A stretch of 62,692 nt of DNA, filler included, from Choristocarpus tenellus KU-1152 (GCA_964200185.2; 12 parts of 12 records of this genome joined end to end with filler, not necessarily neighbours in it), one strand, 5' to 3'; positions 38,085-54,700 are shown, counted from the whole stretch's first letter. A program made the numbers and translations. Notes: generated from the sequence alone by a model not told the origin.

Positions 38085-38295
38085 TTGCCCTTGCAGTTAT
38101 GAACAAAAGTTGTTAACCTATGTTGTTGTCCTTACAATTATGAACAAAAGTTATTAACGTATGTTGTTGCCCTTACAGTTATGAACAAAAGTTATTAACC
38201 TATGTTGTTGCCCTTACAATTATGAACAAAAGTTATTAACGTATGTTGTTGCCCTTACAATTATGAACAAAAGTTATTAACATATGTTGTTGTCT
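38085..38295 (+). repeat. 41-bp minisatellite x5 immediately upstream of a kinase exon acceptor
   Basis: Unit ttgcccttaca(g/a)ttatgaacaaaagttattaac(c/g)tatgttg at 38085, 38126, 38167, 38208 and 38249. Confidence 0.95.
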
Positions 38296-38302
38296 CCTTT
38301 AG

Positions 38303-41415
<3,113 letters not shown>

Positions 41416-41508
41416 GTGCTTTTTTTTGGAGGTTGGGGGGTGGTGGGGGGGAGGGGGGATGTGTTATTGTTAGTAGGAAGATTTTACTGTGGAATCGGCA
41501 TATGGAGG

Positions 41509-41608
41509 NNNNNNNNNNNNNNNNNNNNNNNNNNNNNNNNNNNNNNNNNNNNTTAATTAATTAANNNNNNNNNNNNNNNNNNNNNNNNNNNNNNNNNNNN
41601 NNNNNNNN
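41509..41608. other. artificial contig linker
   Basis: 44N-TTAATTAATTAA-44N. Confidence 0.97.
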
Positions 41609-42906
41609 GGGGCTACATGGTGTCTGTTATGGGGGGGGGGGGAGGGGGGGGGGTTAATGCCATGCAATGTTTCAGTGTTTTCTGGGCAAAAAGTGTTGTC
41701 AACAAGGATGTGAAGTAGGGTGACCACTACTGTGTGATCATGAAAGCAGTTGGTGGCGGTATGATGAGTTCAGCTTTTTCTGCCATTCCACCTTGCCCAC
41801 TGACTTTCCGACATTTTTCACCAGCAATCTACAACTTTTCACCAAATCAGTGACCTGCACCATTTTTTTTTGTTGCATTGCACTCTAGGCATGATAGGCA
41901 AGAACTTTGAAGGAGTGTTGATGTCTCTATTTCGTTTTTTTCTGTATTTGGTAGTTTTGGCAAGGTGTGAAGAAAGAGTGAACTGTCAATATCATTTGTC
42001 TAGTGAAGGATTGCACAGGGTATTGGATACTTGGAATGGTTGGAATGCAAGTTTTTGACCAGGCTCATTAAGAATGTTTTGGGTTAGAGTTCTGCACATC
42101 ATCAGGAACGGATTATACCTGGAAAGAAGACCCCACTATCATATCTCTGGTAGTTGTATACCTCTAGAAAAGACGGGCAGGGGGGTAACACCATCCTGCT
42201 GCATTAGTGCCTAGTGTCATTGGCTTGATTTTGCATGGTACAGCAACATTTTGTTTATCATTTTATTGTGGGAAGCAGTATGGGGGGGGGGCAGTGGAGG
42301 GGATTGAATTCTCTTTTTTTCTTCTTTGCTCTTGTGGTTGATTGGATTATCCTTACGCACACCAACCAGAAAAATCTCAGAGATGAGGTTGTTTAATTAT
42401 TATCCCCCTCCCATTTACTCCGATCTCCATGTCTTAACTCATCACCAGGTTCATAAAAAGTCAGTGTGTAGTTCATGGGGAGTGAAAAGATTGTAAATTG
42501 CTGGTAAGTTCTTATCTAGTTGAGTGTGTTTTGGTGAGGAATTCTGTTGACTTGTGAAATGGTCAGGAAAGCATACTCACCTTGTTCACAACTGTTTCTG
42601 AAAACCTGAGGATTCTCATCCCCGGCACACCTCCCCCCCCCCCGGCTCAAAGATTCATTCCAATGTCTTTATAACAGTATTGACATTTAGAGCAGGGGAC
42701 ATGTTGTGCATATAGCAACAATCTGCCCTATAGAATAGTCTGTAAACTATACAGATCCAGTATGATTGATCAACCCTGTAACAACACCCTCTGCTTCTAC
42801 GACCCCACCTCCTGTCCAACCTGGGCCCCCTGCCTGCTTTTGTCTTCATTTGCTCCCTCCCTCCTACTGTACTCTGCTGCCCTGTAATGGAGAAGGCGTC
42901 TGGCAG

Positions 42907-45900
42907 TGGAGGCAGCTGATGGTATCCTGGACACCTCCAATATTGTGGAGGGAGGGAGAAGGCGCCGTGTAGTGGATTATATTCGACTGAACCAGGACTT
43001 GTTTGGGTGAGGAGGTTTGGCCTGGGTCAACTCTGGTATGATGGGGAAGTAATTATAGCCAAAACATCGTCAGAGTGCCGATTTGGGGGATAAGTCAGAG
43101 ATTCCTGTTGCAAGATGTTGGGGGTATTGGCAGATTGGTGTATCATTTTAAGGTATACCACCAATATACACATACACGGCTGATACTATACATTCAATAC
43201 TTCATGCAGTAGTCATTGGTTTCTTTCACAGTCACCATACTCTTCCACCGACTACAACTCTTCTACATTTACTTCCCTGGGTATGATATTACTGTGTGTA
43301 TTGTGTTTGGAGCTATAGACAGTTCTATAGAGCGGAAGTATCCTAGGTCGTGTTGCCATTGATCGCAAGGGTACTCTGTGAGTGCCTTCTCAATTTGATG
43401 TGTGTTGGATTGTGTTTTATTAAAAGGCAATTTCCTTGACGTGGACACAACTTCTGCATCCAGAGACTTCTGATCGGGGCTTCCCAAATTTTGTCCTTAT
43501 CGTGTGGTAAATATGTACCCCATTTCTTTCTGTCTAATAGATGATCCATTGGCGTGATAATCTCTAGTCATGTAAGGCCGAACTGTCCTCTTGTGGTGCA
43601 CTTCTGGCTCAAAGTATCTGGGGGGGGGATGGGGTCTACATCAGAGTGTCCATTCGGGCCCTGACCAGGAAAAGTGCGTTTACATTATCCATCTGATGCA
43701 TGCAACCAAATCACCCAAGAATCGCGACATCGAAAAATGGGCCCCAAATGGACAGTTGCCACCACCAACACCACCCCAGATACTTTGAGCCTCTAGCTGA
43801 GTGGTGGGTGGGTATGTTGTGGAGTGATTTTCTGTCAGCGGGTGAAGACAAGTAGTGAATGATTGATTGTCTATATGAAGAAAGGACAGAAAACTGTTTC
43901 CTCCTCCACATCAGAATACATGTAGGTACATTTCAAACTGATGTTTTATTATACAGCCTTTTCACCATGTTCAAACTGTATGATGACAAATCAGTGCCCT
44001 ACGATTGACTATTTTCACTCATACGAAGATTTCACTTTCTTTTTTCAATATCATTTGTCAACTTTATGTTTAAATGTATGTTTACACTTTTTCTTTTGTT
44101 TATTTTTTCTTCCTCGGCCCAACTATTTTCAATCCCATGCCACAATGCTGATGGCGGGGCATCAACATTGGAACAAGGGGAGGACTATGTGTTTTTGAAT
44201 GTTGATTAGGCGCAAGCCCTCTTCCTTGGTTGTGGTGTACCTGAACCTCTCCCTCCCACACACCCATTATCTTTATTTCCCACAGGGAGGACTATGATAT
44301 GGATCTTGATGATGAGGAATGTGCTGCCTCCTCCAGTGATGATGGAAAACCACCAGTGAAAAAGAAAAAAGGGCGCGGTCGCCCAGCAAAACAGCGCGCT
44401 TGTGCTACTGCTGCTGTTGCTACTGCTGCTGTTGCTACTGCTGCTGTTGCTGCTGCAGGAGCGCCATCTGAAAGCACTTCTAGTCATAGTGCAGCGAGCT
44501 TTGGGTCGCCTGAAGTTAAGAAGCGTGGCCGAGGACGTCCTCGGAAAACACCAATACTGGGTACGCCAAGTACAGGGGAGAAGCGAAGGCCAGGCCGGTC
44601 AACAAAGGCTCCAGTCACACCCCTGCAAGGTACACAGGGCTCTGGCTCTGGCAGTGGCTTGGGTGTTGGGGCATTGAGTGCAACGGCCATGGGAGGAGAG
44701 GGAGAGATCAAGAAGCGTGGACGAGGTCGTCCAAGAAAAACGCCACCACCTTCACTGCCCATCACTGCATTCGCAGTGACTGCGGGATTGCCTCTGGTGG
44801 GTGGGGGAGGGCAGACTGCTTCTATTATGCCAGGGGGGAGTGAGAAGAAACGAGGACCAGGTCGCCCACGGAAAACTCCTCTAAAGCCATTTGCTGTGGG
44901 ATGGGAGAAGAAAGAACGAGGACCAGGGCGTCCACGGACAAGTCCACTCCCTACAGAGTCACCAGCACTGGTAACAGAAGCAGCCAACTTGTTGAGCACA
45001 ACCCCTCCTTCTACAGATCCCAGTGCAGCTTCTGCAGATCCCTCTATTGCTGCAGATGTTGGTGACAAGATGGATGTGGATGACTCTGTGTTCAAAATTG
45101 AGTGTCCAAAAAAGAGTCCACTCTCAACAGTATCACAGCCAGTGTTTGAGTCGCAGACATCTGTAAAGGGAGAACCTGGTCAATTGAGTGCAGCCTCTTC
45201 TAGCAGAGATCCTGGTGCTGGTTCTGTGGTCGCATCTACTGCCACAGATGTAGGTGGCAAGATGGATGTGGATGACCCTTTGTGTAAAATCGAGTGTCCA
45301 GGGAAGAGTCCACTCCCAACAGCATCACCACCACTGTCAGATTCGAAGGCAATAGTGTTGCAAGCAGTCAACTCGTTGAGCACAGCTGCTCCTACTGAAG
45401 ATTCTAGTACAGCTTCAGAAGGTGTCTCTATTGCTGCAAGTGCTGTTAACAAGATGGATGTGGACGACTCAGTTTCAAAAATTGAGGGCACAGGGAAGAG
45501 TGCACTCTCAACAGTATCACCACCAGTGTTAGAGTCCCAGGTGCCTTTAAAGGAAGAACCTAATCAATTGAACACAACTAGTCGTAGTGAAGATCCTGGT
45601 ACAGGTTCTGTGGTTACCTCTACTGCTGCAGCTGTTGGCGACAAGATGGATGTGGATGACTCCGCGTTTAAAGTCTTGCATCCACAGGGTGTTGAATGTA
45701 CAGCCAACGGGGGGGAGGAGATTACGTCAATGCAGTGCTCTATACAGAAGGTTGTTTCTCCTGAGGAGTATGGTAGCATGGACACATCATGCATTAAGCC
45801 CCTTGAAGGGGGCTTGTATGCTATTGGTGCTGAACAATCACTAGTGATACAAGGGCAGGTAACCCAGGGTCCGGTCAAGAAAAGTGCGGAGGAGGCGTTG

Positions 45901-46314
45901 AAGTGCAGCCCAATCCAACCCAAATCAATGCTTTCTGATTCACAAGCATTACCCGAGGTGGAAGATGGTATGCCTGGGGAGACCCCTGCACCCTCTATTG
46001 GCATGACATTTATTGCAAACACAGAAGTGTTGAAAAAGACTGACCTTCATCAAGTACAAACAAAGTCAGCTGCAACTACAGTTGATGGGGGGCATGGGGC
46101 AGGAGTCAAGGTGCAGGAGCGGGTTTCACTTGACAGGACTGTGCAAGGGACTGTGAGCAAGCAGCAACCAAATGGTTCTTGCCAGGAGAGTGTGTTGGCC
46201 TCAACTGGTGGTGAGACTGAACCAGGAATTGCACCCAATTGTATCAGTGGTACCAATAATGGGACTGCAGCAAGCGTCAAGGACATTCCCACTACTGCCA
46301 CCAGTTCAGAGTAG
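42907..46314 (+). CDS. nuclear chromatin-type protein: Chz1-like motif, 5-6 AT-hooks and four 64-aa repeats; 5'-partial
   Basis: Exon 42907-43006 (LDTSNIVEGGRRRRVVDYIRLNQDLF gg|gtgag) joins in phase to 44286 (cacag|g EDYDMDLDDEE). The 671-aa ORF carries KKGRGRPAK, KRGRGRPRK x2, KRGPGRPRK and RGPGRPRT, then KMDVDD repeats with a 192-bp period. Confidence 0.85.
43606..43791 (+). mobile_element. MITE subfamily C with perfect TIRs and 3-bp TSD TCT (intronic)
   Basis: tct|ggctcaaagtatctgggg...ccccagatactttgagcc|tct. Confidence 0.9.
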
Positions 46315-48881
46315 AGAAAAATATTTATTTTAACAAAAAAAAGGTCTTATCAGCACCAACACAAGTGTGGAAGTGACCCTGGTTGAGGAAGGACATATTA
46401 TTGCCCTTCCACCCATAGAAGAAACTACCACGATGGCAGCAAAATTGTTCAAGGCAGAGGCATCACTGGTATGTGTCCACGCAGTAACCAAGTTTGTTTT
46501 CTCTCTAGAAAGAGGTGTTGGCAATTCAGTAGTGCTATATCTTCAATCTTGCATTCCAAGCATCTCAAATCTTGCCTCGTAAAAGGTGATTGCATAGACA
46601 TTAGAGTGCCAGAATTGGAAGTATGCTCTGCTGGAACCAATACCTTCCTGGGGAGGAAATTGTTGGAGCAGAGGTTTCTGGTTTGTTGGGGTGAAAGAAA
46701 TGGGGGAACATACAGGGGGGAAAGATTGAGGGGCAAGGTAGTGAATTGTGAGCTGTGCGTGTAGCTAGCCTCACTGCTCAGAGATGGATCTGTTCGATGC
46801 CTCTGCATTGATGGCTCTCCAGGGAAAAGTATGGAACTATTGATGGTTGCTTATGGTGGTGTCAGGGATGATGAAGACGAATGCATCAATTTAAGCATGA
46901 AGCACTCCTTGAGTTGTTACCGACTGTATAAGTTGAGAATGGGGGGGGGTGTTAATTATGTGCATGACTTGATGGATTTGTTGCAACAACCATGACAGGG
47001 CAATTCTGTCAGAGTTTATCAGCAACCACCAAATGTTGCCACAGGGCACCAAGACTTACCTGTACCTTATTGTGTGGATATGTGTGCCGTGTGGTGAGGT
47101 GAAAGAGGGGGGAGCGAATAGGTGGGGGAGAATATCCTTGTGACAATTAAGGGCTACATTCCGCCCTACCTAGCATAAAATTGTAGAATTCATCATCTTC
47201 AAAGAGGCAGCATTTTTTTCTATGAGCAAAGAGAGGAAACAATGGGACGGATTACACTGCAGTGAGCAGTGTTAAAGTGCCCACTCTTTTCTTATGTTGC
47301 TGGTAGATTTCCAGTCGTGCTCAAGCAGATAGGCATATCTCCCAGACATGGATCCCTTTTGCTGTTTGTTAGCCTTCATAGTTTTGCTGGTCAGTTGCCA
47401 TTGATAGAGTGGTGGTCGGTAGTGTTTTTTTAGAAATTCAGGAAATAATCCAAATGTGTGTGAATGGAAGTGCATGTGGGTGTGATGAGCCTTGGCTGTA
47501 CAATGACAGTGGAGCAGTGGTCAATCTGGTACAAGATAAAGAACACTACCCCTTGGGGGTGAAGCTTCGATTTTCTGCAGCAACAAAGACGAACCCTTCA
47601 TTGCTGAGTATGCCATGTCTAGTATTTTGTTGAACTGCAATGAGTTCTTCTATGTATAGAGAGAGGATAAGAGTGGATGTTGTACCTACTTCTACTCAAA
47701 AGGGGGTAATATTCGCGTCGTTTCTTTCTTGTGGAGGACATACCGGGTTTTTTGTTTGGAAAGAAGCTGCACGGAAATAATCCAGTGTTTTTTTTTAACA
47801 TACATTGCCAAACTTGGTTTTGCTAACGATCTGTTTTGTCCTTGTGTTCAATGTATGTGGTTCTCACAATATATTTTCTTTTAGAAGTGGTATGAAACAG
47901 TGAATGAAATAGAAGTAATGGTCTATTTATTATTATTTTATTGCGTGCGTGGCCATCCCACCAAGCCTCCGCACAACATGGCTGAACACACACTCAGTAA
48001 TATCCTCGTACTGCCAAGAAGAGAAGGCAAAACGTGATTTCATAAAAGGGATAATCACGCTTATCATACACAGCAGCGGTGGAGTGGTATGAGGCAGTAG
48101 AATGTTCTTGGTGAATGGATTGGGATGGGCACCCAAGGGTTAAGCCGCAGCTTGATTTTTTCATATTCTACAACCCATTATTTTTACTCTCAGCATCCTT
48201 GCTTGAACCAGACCCACTCTATCGCTACTGCTGACATATGATGACATTGTGATGAAAAGGCCTCCATCTTGGCATTCTTCTGTCGTCATTTGAGGTTCAA
48301 CTGACACTATGCTGTAAGTGTATCAATCTCTGATGTGTGGGTTCCATAACTGCAAAGGAAGGAAGAAGGGATCTAGTTTCAACTAGTCAGGCTGTCCCTC
48401 ATCGTCCTAAATACAGTAAAGAAGGGTCGAACCGCTACTACTACTACTACTACTAACATGCAGAACGCAAACAAAGTGTTCTCAGTTTTAGCACAATCTT
48501 ACTACTATTATATTGAATATATGGGAGTTCTAATTGGCTGTTGTACTCGATCGCAGGACAGTTCACCTGACAACAGGCAGCAGATAACCATACTGCATGA
48601 CGAGACCAGGCCCACAGGCTGTCCCATGGCTTAGTCTGGTTGTAAACTCCGACTGTCATGGATCAGTCTTGGTAAGGAACAGATCATTTTGGGATCAGTC
48701 TGTTGCCCAGTCGGGTTCAATTTTCGGACAGTCCTGGAAAAATGTATATTGGCTAGAGTAGCCTAGTACGGAGATGGGTTGGGTCAGAGCAGGTGTCAAT
48801 GTTTATTGGGCAGACCTCCAAGTTGTCCGAAATAAATATGGGGTTGAGTGTGTGTTTTCTTAAATCATCATGAATCGTTTT

Positions 48882-49115
48882 GAGTCAACGTAAAAGCGAG
48901 TTACCCTTAAGGATGCTGACAAAATGTGCACTATTGAACTTTTTGTTGCAAATACGTGTAGGATATTTTCTAGATTATGTGAGGAAAGTTTCAATCAATA
49001 GAGGAATAAATGCTCTCAATTCAACTTAGAAATATGGGTGAATTGCAAAGACTGAAAAAAACGACTTTTTATGCAAAATGACCAAAACTTGGGTACGTCT
49101 CGTTTAATTTGACCC
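48882..49115 (+). mobile_element. MITE subfamily D
   Basis: gagtcaacgtaaaagcgag...tctcgtttaatttgaccc; internal homology to 8767-9031 (tgtaggatattttc, aaagtttcaa.caataga). Confidence 0.7.
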
Positions 49116-51528
49116 GATATTGAGATTGAGAGGGACCAAGTTAGGTCCATATCATGTCTCAAAGGAGTCGCAGGTCAGCCCACAGTCTGGTCTGGTTTCA
49201 GTATTTGAAATGGCTAGACTGACATATTGAACGGTATTTCACTAGGAAGGGCTGGCCCGCCGCCCAGTTTTGTTGAAAACTCTAGCAGTCCTCGACTAGA
49301 TCTGCTCAAACAGATTTCACTAGGGTTGGTGCGCCGCCGGGTCCAATTGTAGCAAGAAAAGGTACCTAGGCGTACTGATATAACGCTATAAAATTGCCTC
49401 CCAAACGTTACAACGAATTCCAAATACGACTTCAGTTTTTTTTTTCCTTGATCACACCATGCCGCCTACTTAACTGGAATCTTATTTGTACAAAATGATT
49501 GGATTATCATTTTAAAATTTGTAGTTGTTCGTTGTGTTCTCTAGCAGTTTCTTTCTCCCTGTACTCAACATCTGCAAAATGTTAGGAGTAGGCATAGAGT
49601 ATTTGCATTGAATCTTCATAGTGCATATTGTTGTTGTGTGTTGTTCTCTGACGCGATCAATTTTCATGTGACGAGCGAGTGTGTTAGTACGTTGATACCA
49701 TAAATGTATATATGTAGGTAGATAAACAAATGAGTACACTATTGTTATTATTAGTAGCACAATTATTCCTTCATGCTGACTGAGTCAAGAAATGTGCAGT
49801 ACTGCACATACTAAGTTGGTGAATACTATTTTGTACTACAATTCAATGTTGAATAATATCTATCATACTATGGAGTACATACAACCGCCTTAGTGTCTGT
49901 AGTAGTAGTAGTAGAGTTCCCAGTCAAACCCATATACAACAACCTACGACCCTGAAATAGGATTGAAAAGTATCATCAGTTTTTGCTCTTCAACAGGAAA
50001 GTACAACTCTCTCTCTCTCTGAAACCTACAAGTCGCCAGTTTCACCTTCCTCCCAAACCTACAAAGTCGTCGCTGCAATGTGTCTCCTGCCTGTTGTTCA
50101 TCTCCCACATCATGGGATAAACTGGAAAATGAGTCCATGCCGTGAGTGCAGGCTGCCAACGGGAGAGACGAGATATGGTGAGTGCCTATGGTTTATGGAC
50201 ATGGTCTATCTGTGGCACAGGAATTCGATTTAGGGGTCAAGGGATGGAATCATTCAGTCAGCTGGGTGTGTAAATGTTGAAGTTTTTGACGAGAAGACGC
50301 CCAAATTTCACTGCAGGAAAGCTAGTAGTCATCATCCCGTCTGTGAGATTGGAAGGAGGCAAGGATTCAACCCTACTACTATAAAACCCCACTATTGTAC
50401 GAGCACGTCATGCATGGGTGGTGGGTGGCCAACCTCTCCATCTCTCTCTGTATTATTGGAAGGATTAGAGAACTCACGTAACACATGTGTTTTGGGTGTA
50501 ACTATCCATCATTAGTTCTGGAAAAAGTAGCCTGAAGACCTAACAACTGTTAATTACTAGATAAATAATAGCTAGGCGTGGTCACTAGCTAGTGTCCTAT
50601 ACGTACATCGTGTGGGTTGTTTGCTCCGTGAAATAATGCCGTTGGAAATGTGTGCGTGTAGGATAACTTTACGTGGTGAGTCTGACGTTCCTTCTATTAT
50701 TTTACATATTATCCCTATTATTTATATACTCAAGCATTATTGTATTATTATGCACATTTCATTTTACTCATTATTAGTTCTAAGGATATTATTTTTCATC
50801 ATTTTTTATTTATGTTTGTTGTGTGGGGTAATCAACCTACAGTTACATTTATTGCTACTTGCTGCAACAAAAACTGCTACTTGTTTTGAAGTTCAAACGA
50901 TCTAGAGTAACACTGCCTCTTTAAAACAAACGACAATAATACCCGAAAAGTCCGTCAGATACACGACCTACAAGGAGGGTTGTAGCATATTTGAAACAAA
51001 AAGACAAGAAACCTACTCAGACAACTTACCAACTGAAATTGGTTATAAACTGGAGCTATGTGGAAAGCAGTCTAAATAAAATAAATTGATAAATGTTTCT
51101 AGGTCTCCTACACACTCCCCCGCCTTCACCCCTCCTTCCACAAACTGATGATGGATGATGACAAAGGATTGGACTTCATACACTTTTTTGTTTGCTCTAA
51201 AACAGAAAGATGCCAAGTGTCGGCTTGGGGGGCAAGGGCAAGGTTGACTTGTCACACAAACAGTAGTAGAAGTGTATCTATTCAAGCCTTCTGCTTCTAG
51301 GAACGCCTTCCACTTTATATAAAAATCCCTATCTGCGTTCACTTTTGAATATATTATATACAAGGTCGACACACATCAACACATCATTTTATGGTGTATT
51401 CACAATCACATATCGTTATTCCAGTTTTTTGCAATACCAGTCAATGGGCCAATATTTCGGGAATGAATAATAATGTATACACTTGAAAGAAAGTCACACT
51501 AAATATACACCTAATAATCGAGGTTTTA

Positions 51529-51654
51529 CATTGAACAGTGGATTTTAAAAATTGGGGATGGAGCGTGTACTATTGAGGATGGTTTTGACCGAAAATGGTA
51601 CGGAAAAAGTGCCGATATGTTTTTTTTTGTAAATGTTGCGGCACTTTTTAAGGG
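51529..51654 (+). mobile_element. family E transposon terminus running into the gap
   Basis: Homologous to 31939-32075. Confidence 0.7.
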
Positions 51655-51754
51655 NNNNNNNNNNNNNNNNNNNNNNNNNNNNNNNNNNNNNNNNNNNNTT
51701 AATTAATTAANNNNNNNNNNNNNNNNNNNNNNNNNNNNNNNNNNNNNNNNNNNN
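51655..51754. other. artificial contig linker
   Basis: 44N-TTAATTAATTAA-44N. Confidence 0.97.
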
Positions 51755-54700
51755 CCCCCCGCAAATCCTCTCGTCTCTGGATTGCCTTGCCATGAACAGC
51801 AGAGTCATGTGGGGTTGTACAGCCTTCAAGGTCAATTTCCTCTTGAAGCATGGGCGATTTTCTCCTTTCCTCTCTTGCCCCCTCAATCCTTCCCTCCCTC
51901 ACCCTCTCCTCATCCACTCCTAAACGGCCCTCCCTACTAAACCCTAACCCTTGCGGCGGTGTTGCAGCAACAACCTGGATCACCCCTTCAGACACATCCT
52001 TTTTGACATCGATCTCACCCTCTCCGGCAGGACTATATCTGCACTGCCCAGTGACCTTTCCTGGTGTTTTCTTCCACTCCATTTCAATGCGCTCCCTGCT
52101 AGGCACAGTGTTTTCCTCATCAACAGGAGAAAGACCATCCCAGAGATCATCTCTTATTCCTCTGCAGCTCTGGCTGAGGACAGTGTCGATCTTGCCAAAT
52201 ACAGTGCTGTCAACCTCGGTGCCATTGTCAACGTGGCTACCGTAGTTGCTATCTCCATCAACACTCTTCGCAGGTGCAATCACACCGCCTTCCTGACTTG
52301 AATGGCCTGTTCCAAGGGGAGATTTGATCATATTCACCTGGGAAAAACGAGGAGCCAGGTGGGAAAATAAATAAATGCCCAGAGAGGGAGAGAGGGTAAA
52401 GGGTTAGAGTTCATCTTATCTTTCTGCGCAGAGTCTTGTGTTCTCCTTTGATCCGGTACTAGCTCATCCTCCTCCCCCTGTTAACTATGGGATGTCCGGA
52501 AAAGGGTACAGTAGTAGTAGATTGTACCTTTTGCTGTTGGAGCTCAATGGGTTGGCTACAGATGTATGGGGTGGGGTGGAGTGGGGAAGACAATATGATG
52601 GGTCGGCCAGAGGTAATGGTGAGTGATACAGAAGGAGGAACGTGCTGATCTATACACGAGGTAGTTTCTACCCCATGTTAGTGGGCAATACTTCTAACCC
52701 GTACTTGGCAAATCATATTGTCACACCCCACACTGTCATCTTAAAAAAAACAAACTTAAAAGGTTAATGAAAGAGCAAGGGCTTACCTGGTGACACTTCA
52801 GTATCATGGGAAGTTAGCCAACGCCGAAAACCGTATACCCCTGATCTCAAATTTAAAATTCTCATGCTCTCGTGTATAATGCCAATGCAGGAATAATGCC
52901 AACGCAGGAAAAACGCTAACCCTAACCCTAATGCCAATGCAGGAAAAACGCTAATGCAAGAATAATGCCAATGCAGGAGATCAAAGAGTGAAGTGTGCCA
53001 AACATCAAGTGAGTACAAGAGTTCACCCTAGGCATGGTTTCATTCCTGCACAATACTTACTATGAGGTAAAAACCATCTCATATATCCCTGGGTCAAAGG
53101 TGTACCTGGGCCTTCACAGCACCCATTTGGGCCTCCAGTTTCTGGAACCAGTTGTTCCCAAGTCCAAGGCCGTATCGGGGGGGGCTTGCAAGGCCGTTGT
53201 TCAGTCCAGAAACCCCTCCCTGTGGTAGGTCTTGCACCTTCAACAATCGGTCATTGACTTGATTTTGTACACCAACTGAGGCCTCCCCTGCAGCAGGGGC
53301 TTCCCTTTGCACCTTATCTCCCCCAGGTTCCTGCCCCAGACGATCACACTCCTTCACCACTCCAGCCTTCTCCCATTGCTCTGCCCTTGCTCCTGAAAGC
53401 GGCCCTAGTCTCTCATTCTCCTTGTCCTCCTCCTCTTTCTCCTGTTTCACCTTGGTTGGGAAGCTGAACGACTTTTTTGACTCTGACCTGGGCCACTCCT
53501 CTTCCCCTGTTGTGTCCCCAAAAGAAATGCCAAACACTGCTTTAGCGGCAGCACGTCTATGTGCAAGAACATCATCCCTGTGTTGCACATTAGATAAGGC
53601 TCCAGGTACAGCCTCTTTACCCACCCCAGTGATACCTGTAACCCCCACCTTGCCTCCTTGAACTGCCCCAGGTTTGGTATCACCATCTCTTGTAATGCCC
53701 ACCTTCTTGCTAGACTTGACACCCCCCTGCCCATGACGATCTTTGTCCACGTGCGAATTCTGGATGTGGTGGAAAGGATCTCCCTTTTCTCCACCTCCTG
53801 AACTACCCTTGCCACCGTTGCCCTCTACTGCCTCTGCCCACACAGTGGCCTTGCCAGAAGGCCTCTCTATCCCCAGCTGCCCTCCGAAGGGGGTTATTGG
53901 CTTTGCCCCAGGTCCATCTCTAGGACTACAAGGTGCTTTGGAGCTGGCCTTGAACTGTGCCAATCCGGTGACCCCTCTATGCTCTGTTTCCTTCAGGTTT
54001 CCTGGCATTGGAGATGCCCTGGGTCCCACCCTTCCCTTCCCCACTCCTGTGGCTGGACTGGCCAATCTGGGAGCAGTGGAGGAGATAGGGCTCTGGGTTG
54101 TCCTCTTGACCCCATGGCCAGACAGTGAGGCCTGAGGCATACCTATTTTCAAAGTGTTCGTTCCCCTCTCCATGACCAGTGGCATTTTTTTGTTGCTGGT
54201 TTGGTGGTACTCTCTGGGCTTTGCATTGGCTGCATCTGGTGTTTTTTGTTCAATATCATAGTAACCAAAAAAGAGAAACATAGGCAGATGAGAGGACACA
54301 ACTAAAAACAATGACAAACTTAGGGGTTGGGTGTTGTGGCATGTAATATTACCTAAATGAGCTAGAGGATTGGGTCATGGTGGTCACATCCGTTGATGTT
54401 GGCCAATAAACTTCAAATTGTGTTCAACTCAAACACAGTTCCTAAATTCGATCGGATCAGGAAAAGAGGAAACACCCATTGCCCACCATAACACTACCCC
54501 CAGGACCTATTCTCCCAACTACAACAGATCTTAACAGACAGTTGTGCTCACCTGCATTCTGCTCCCTGATCACTTCAACAATCCTTTGTTCATCAAACTC
54601 TGGAGTTCTGTCCTGACCTGCTGCCCCTACATTTTGGGATGCCCCCCCTGCTGCAGCTGCTGCTGCACTTAGAGCTTCTTCCACTATACCATGCGACCAT

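Noticed and set aside
26133-38295. 49-bp and 41-bp arrays as CRISPR arrays
   Set aside because: No unique spacers, no cas genes, eukaryotic intronic context.
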